Positions 61,640 through 64,000 of a stretch of 64,000 bases of DNA are shown here, piece by piece (position 1 is the first letter of the stretch; every line of letters starts with the position of its first letter). Location: contig JAZTYI010000088.1 of assembly GCA_045636885.1 (NCBI GenBank), positions 38,759 to 102,758 on the forward strand. Direction: 5' to 3'. Made by a program: the position numbers and the translations under genes. This DNA comes from Alloprevotella sp. GTDB lineage: Bacteria; Bacteroidota; Bacteroidia; Bacteroidales; Bacteroidaceae. The notes beneath the pieces were generated by a model that made no database searches, was not told the DNA's origin, and was given only the letters and a program-made list of their open reading frames with translations.

Positions 61640-64000
61640 ATGACTCCATTCCTTCAGATAGTAGCCCGCCATCTTTATGCAGAGATAAAAAATAATTCCG
61701 AAGGGCTTACCATCATCTTCCCCAACAAGCGTGCGGGACTTTTCTTCAACAACTACTTGCGCCAAGAGTTAGATAATTATGTTTGGGCGCCAAAGTATAC
61801 GACGATTGACGAAGTGTGGCGCCAACTGAGCACAAAGCAAGTGGCAGACCCCATAGAATTGGTGTGTCGCCTCTATCGTGTGTATCTGAAACAGACAGGG
61901 CGCCAAGAAAGTCTCGACCATTTTTACTCGTGGGGTGAAACAATGTGTCGCGACTTTGACGATATAGACAACAGCATGAGTCATGCTGAAAAACTTCTCG
62001 GAAACGTACAGGAGTTGGAGGACCTTAAGGACTTCGAATTCCTTTCCGACAATCAGCGTGAGGCATTGAAATCGTATTTTGACCATTATATGGTGAAGAG
62101 CGATACAGAACTTAAGCAGAAATTCTCAGCTATTTGGCATCACCTCTATCCCATCTATCAGCAATTCCGCGAGGCGCTCGCCGAGGAGGGACTTGCTTAT
62201 ATGGGTATGCTGAAGCGTGAGGTGGTAGAAAGACTTGAGACGTGCGGAGCGGAAGAAGTGCCCTCGTACTTCCAAGGTCGTCGCTTCGTAGTGGTAGGTT
62301 TTAACGTGTTAAGCCCTACCGAGCAGCGCTTGTTCCTTGCCATGAAGCGCATGGCGCCTACCAGTTTTTATTGGGACTATGACCGTGGTTACACCAACCT
62401 TGGCGAGGGCAACGACAACCATAGTGTTTTCGAGGCGGGGCAGTTTATTAAAGAAAACATCCGACTCTTTGGCAACGCCCTTGACGCGCTTACAGAAGAG
62501 GAGCTGGCTGAGGCGTATGACAACTTCTCAAAACCCAAGCAGATTACTTACGTCTCCACCGCAACCGAGAGTCAGCAGACGCGTTACGTAGATGGTTGGC
62601 TCAAGCAGGTGGTAAGCGAGAAGGACGACTTGATAAAGACCGCCGTAGTGCTTTGCAATGAGCGCAACCTCCAACCCCTGCTTCACGGCATCCCTGATAA
62701 GTACGGCGATGATAAGCAAATGTTGCTCAACATCACTATGGGCTATCCCTTGGGCGAAACTCCGATGGTGAGTTTCTTGCTTGCGCTCGCCGAACTCCAA
62801 CTCTTTGGTCGTTCGGGCAATAATTGGCGCTACCAGTACGTGTTGAATGTGCTCAACCATCCCTATGCCCAGCGCCTACATCCCACGGAGGCAGCGCGCC
62901 TGCACAAGAAAATTTCCAGCAATAAGTTGTTCTTCCCCGCCGATGCCGACCTGAAATGTGAAGCCCCCTTGCAGGTGATTTTTGAAGTGACGGAGGGCAA
63001 CACGGCGCTCTTGAAATACCTTGTAGAAGTCACCAAGGCCATCGGTACTACCTTTAAGCAGTCAGTTCATCCCGATGCGCTCGAACAACTTTATTGCGAA
63101 TCGGTCTTTGCTGCCTACACCCTGCTCAACCGTCTGATTTCGTTGAGCGAAACTCAGGCGTCGGGCGATGCTACTGCCTTGTTTGACGTGCAGGGCAACA
63201 CCCTCTTGCGTCTCTTGCGCAGTTTGTTGCAACAGAAGTCCATCCCCTTCCACGGCGAACCCGCTGAGGGCATGCAAATCCTTGGTTTGCTCGAAACGCG
63301 CTGCTTGGATTTTGACAACGTCGTGTTGCTCTCGGCCAACGAAGACTTTTTGCCGGGCACGAGTCACAGAGCGTCGTTCATCCCCTACAACTTGCGCGAA
63401 GCACATGGGATGACCACGCTCGAAAAACAGGTGGCGCTCTCTGCCTATTACTTCTACCGCCTGCTGAGTCGCGCCTCAAACATCTCCTTGCTCTATAACG
63501 TCTCCACAGACGGCATGGCGTCGGGCGAAATGTCGCGTTTCCTCTCTCAGTTGCTTGCCGAAGTGGGCGCCCCTGCGGGAAAGCAGCGCGCCTTGCTCTC
63601 GCCGCTGACGAAGCCCACCTTCTATACGCTCACTACCAAGAGCGAGTCGAGCGAAACTCCCGCCATCACGGTGGAGAAAACCGACGACGTGCTCCAACGC
63701 CTTTGCGACCGCTTTGACGCTACCGACAAGGAGAAACCACGCTACCTCTCGCCCTCGGCAATCAACACCTACTTAAATTGTCCCCTGCAATTCTACTTCC
63801 GCTACGTGGTGGGGCTTAACGAAGAAGACGAACTCTCGGAAGAGGTGGACTACCGCCAATTCGGTACCATCTTCCACGAGTGTATGGAGCGCCTTTACAA
63901 ACCCTACAAAGGCAGAGAACTCACCAAGCATACCCTGCTGCAGATGGCACAAGACGAAGTGGGCATCAAGAACGCCTTGTCATACGCCTTTGCCAAGGTA
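61640..64000 (+). CDS. addB: AddB-like PD-(D/E)xK nuclease family protein, runs off the window end
   Basis: ATG at 61640 (MTPFLQIVA...IFPNKRAGLFF); same frame gives LSPSAINTYLNCPLQFYFRY near 63745; absent from the ORF track because it has no stop. Confidence 0.88.
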   Translation, partial: MTPFLQIVARHLYAEIKNNSEGLTIIFPNKRAGLFFNNYLRQELDNYVWAPKYTTIDEVWRQLSTKQVADPIELVCRLYRVYLKQTGRQESLDHFYSWGETMCRDFDDIDNSMSHAEKLLGNVQELEDLKDFEFLSDNQREALKSYFDHYMVKSDTELKQKFSAIWHHLYPIYQQFREALAEEGLAYMGMLKREVVERLETCGAEEVPSYFQGRRFVVVGFNVLSPTEQRLFLAMKRMAPTSFYWDYDRGYTNLGEGNDNHSVFEAGQFIKENIRLFGNALDALTEEELAEAYDNFSKPKQITYVSTATESQQTRYVDGWLKQVVSEKDDLIKTAVVLCNERNLQPLLHGIPDKYGDDKQMLLNITMGYPLGETPMVSFLLALAELQLFGRSGNNWRYQYVLNVLNHPYAQRLHPTEAARLHKKISSNKLFFPADADLKCEAPLQVIFEVTEGNTALLKYLVEVTKAIGTTFKQSVHPDALEQLYCESVFAAYTLLNRLISLSETQASGDATALFDVQGNTLLRLLRSLLQQKSIPFHGEPAEGMQILGLLETRCLDFDNVVLLSANEDFLPGTSHRASFIPYNLREAHGMTTLEKQVALSAYYFYRLLSRASNISLLYNVSTDGMASGEMSRFLSQLLAEVGAPAGKQRALLSPLTKPTFYTLTTKSESSETPAITVEKTDDVLQRLCDRFDATDKEKPRYLSPSAINTYLNCPLQFYFRYVVGLNEEDELSEEVDYRQFGTIFHECMERLYKPYKGRELTKHTLLQMAQDEVGIKNALSYAFAKV

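Overview
Chromosomal segment of a Bacteroidales bacterium, probably Prevotellaceae-like. This rests on TAnnTTTG -7 promoters, the Bacteroidota atpD-C-X-B-E-F-H-A-G order and a Prevotella-style T9SS C-terminal tail. Core genes: asnA, folB, class II RNR, sdaA, class III fbp, aminotransferase, LolE-like permease, tRNA-Pro(TGG), mntP, F1Fo operon, nhaD, tRNA-Gly(CCC), folE, SPOR, tpiA, DUF1599, thrS-infC-rpmI-rplT, tkt-rpiB, HU-bS22-rne/rng, lptC, coaX, thiL, addA/addB-like. There are two accessory stretches. The first, 29.3-44.2 kb, holds a 1.5-kb non-coding composite of nested inverted repeats and REPs, then a TPR-HTH regulator divergent from two lipoproteins, a ~2100-aa BspA-type LRR T9SS protein and a small peptide. 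The second, 49.3-51.4 kb, holds a DUF3791-DUF3990-DUF3791-nuclease cassette cut by a MITE-like element. Main oddities: (1) two long ORFs (RNR and the LRR protein) each interrupted by one in-frame TAG in the same CGC-TAG context, although TAG is a normal stop elsewhere; (2) a 134-bp gapless inverted promoter module pair enclosing GTAG-REPs and a heptamer-iteron/AT-palindrome element; (3) a recurring family of 7-9-nt tandem-repeat hairpin spacers inside operons. All calls are by eye from sequence and recalled motifs; no searches were run.
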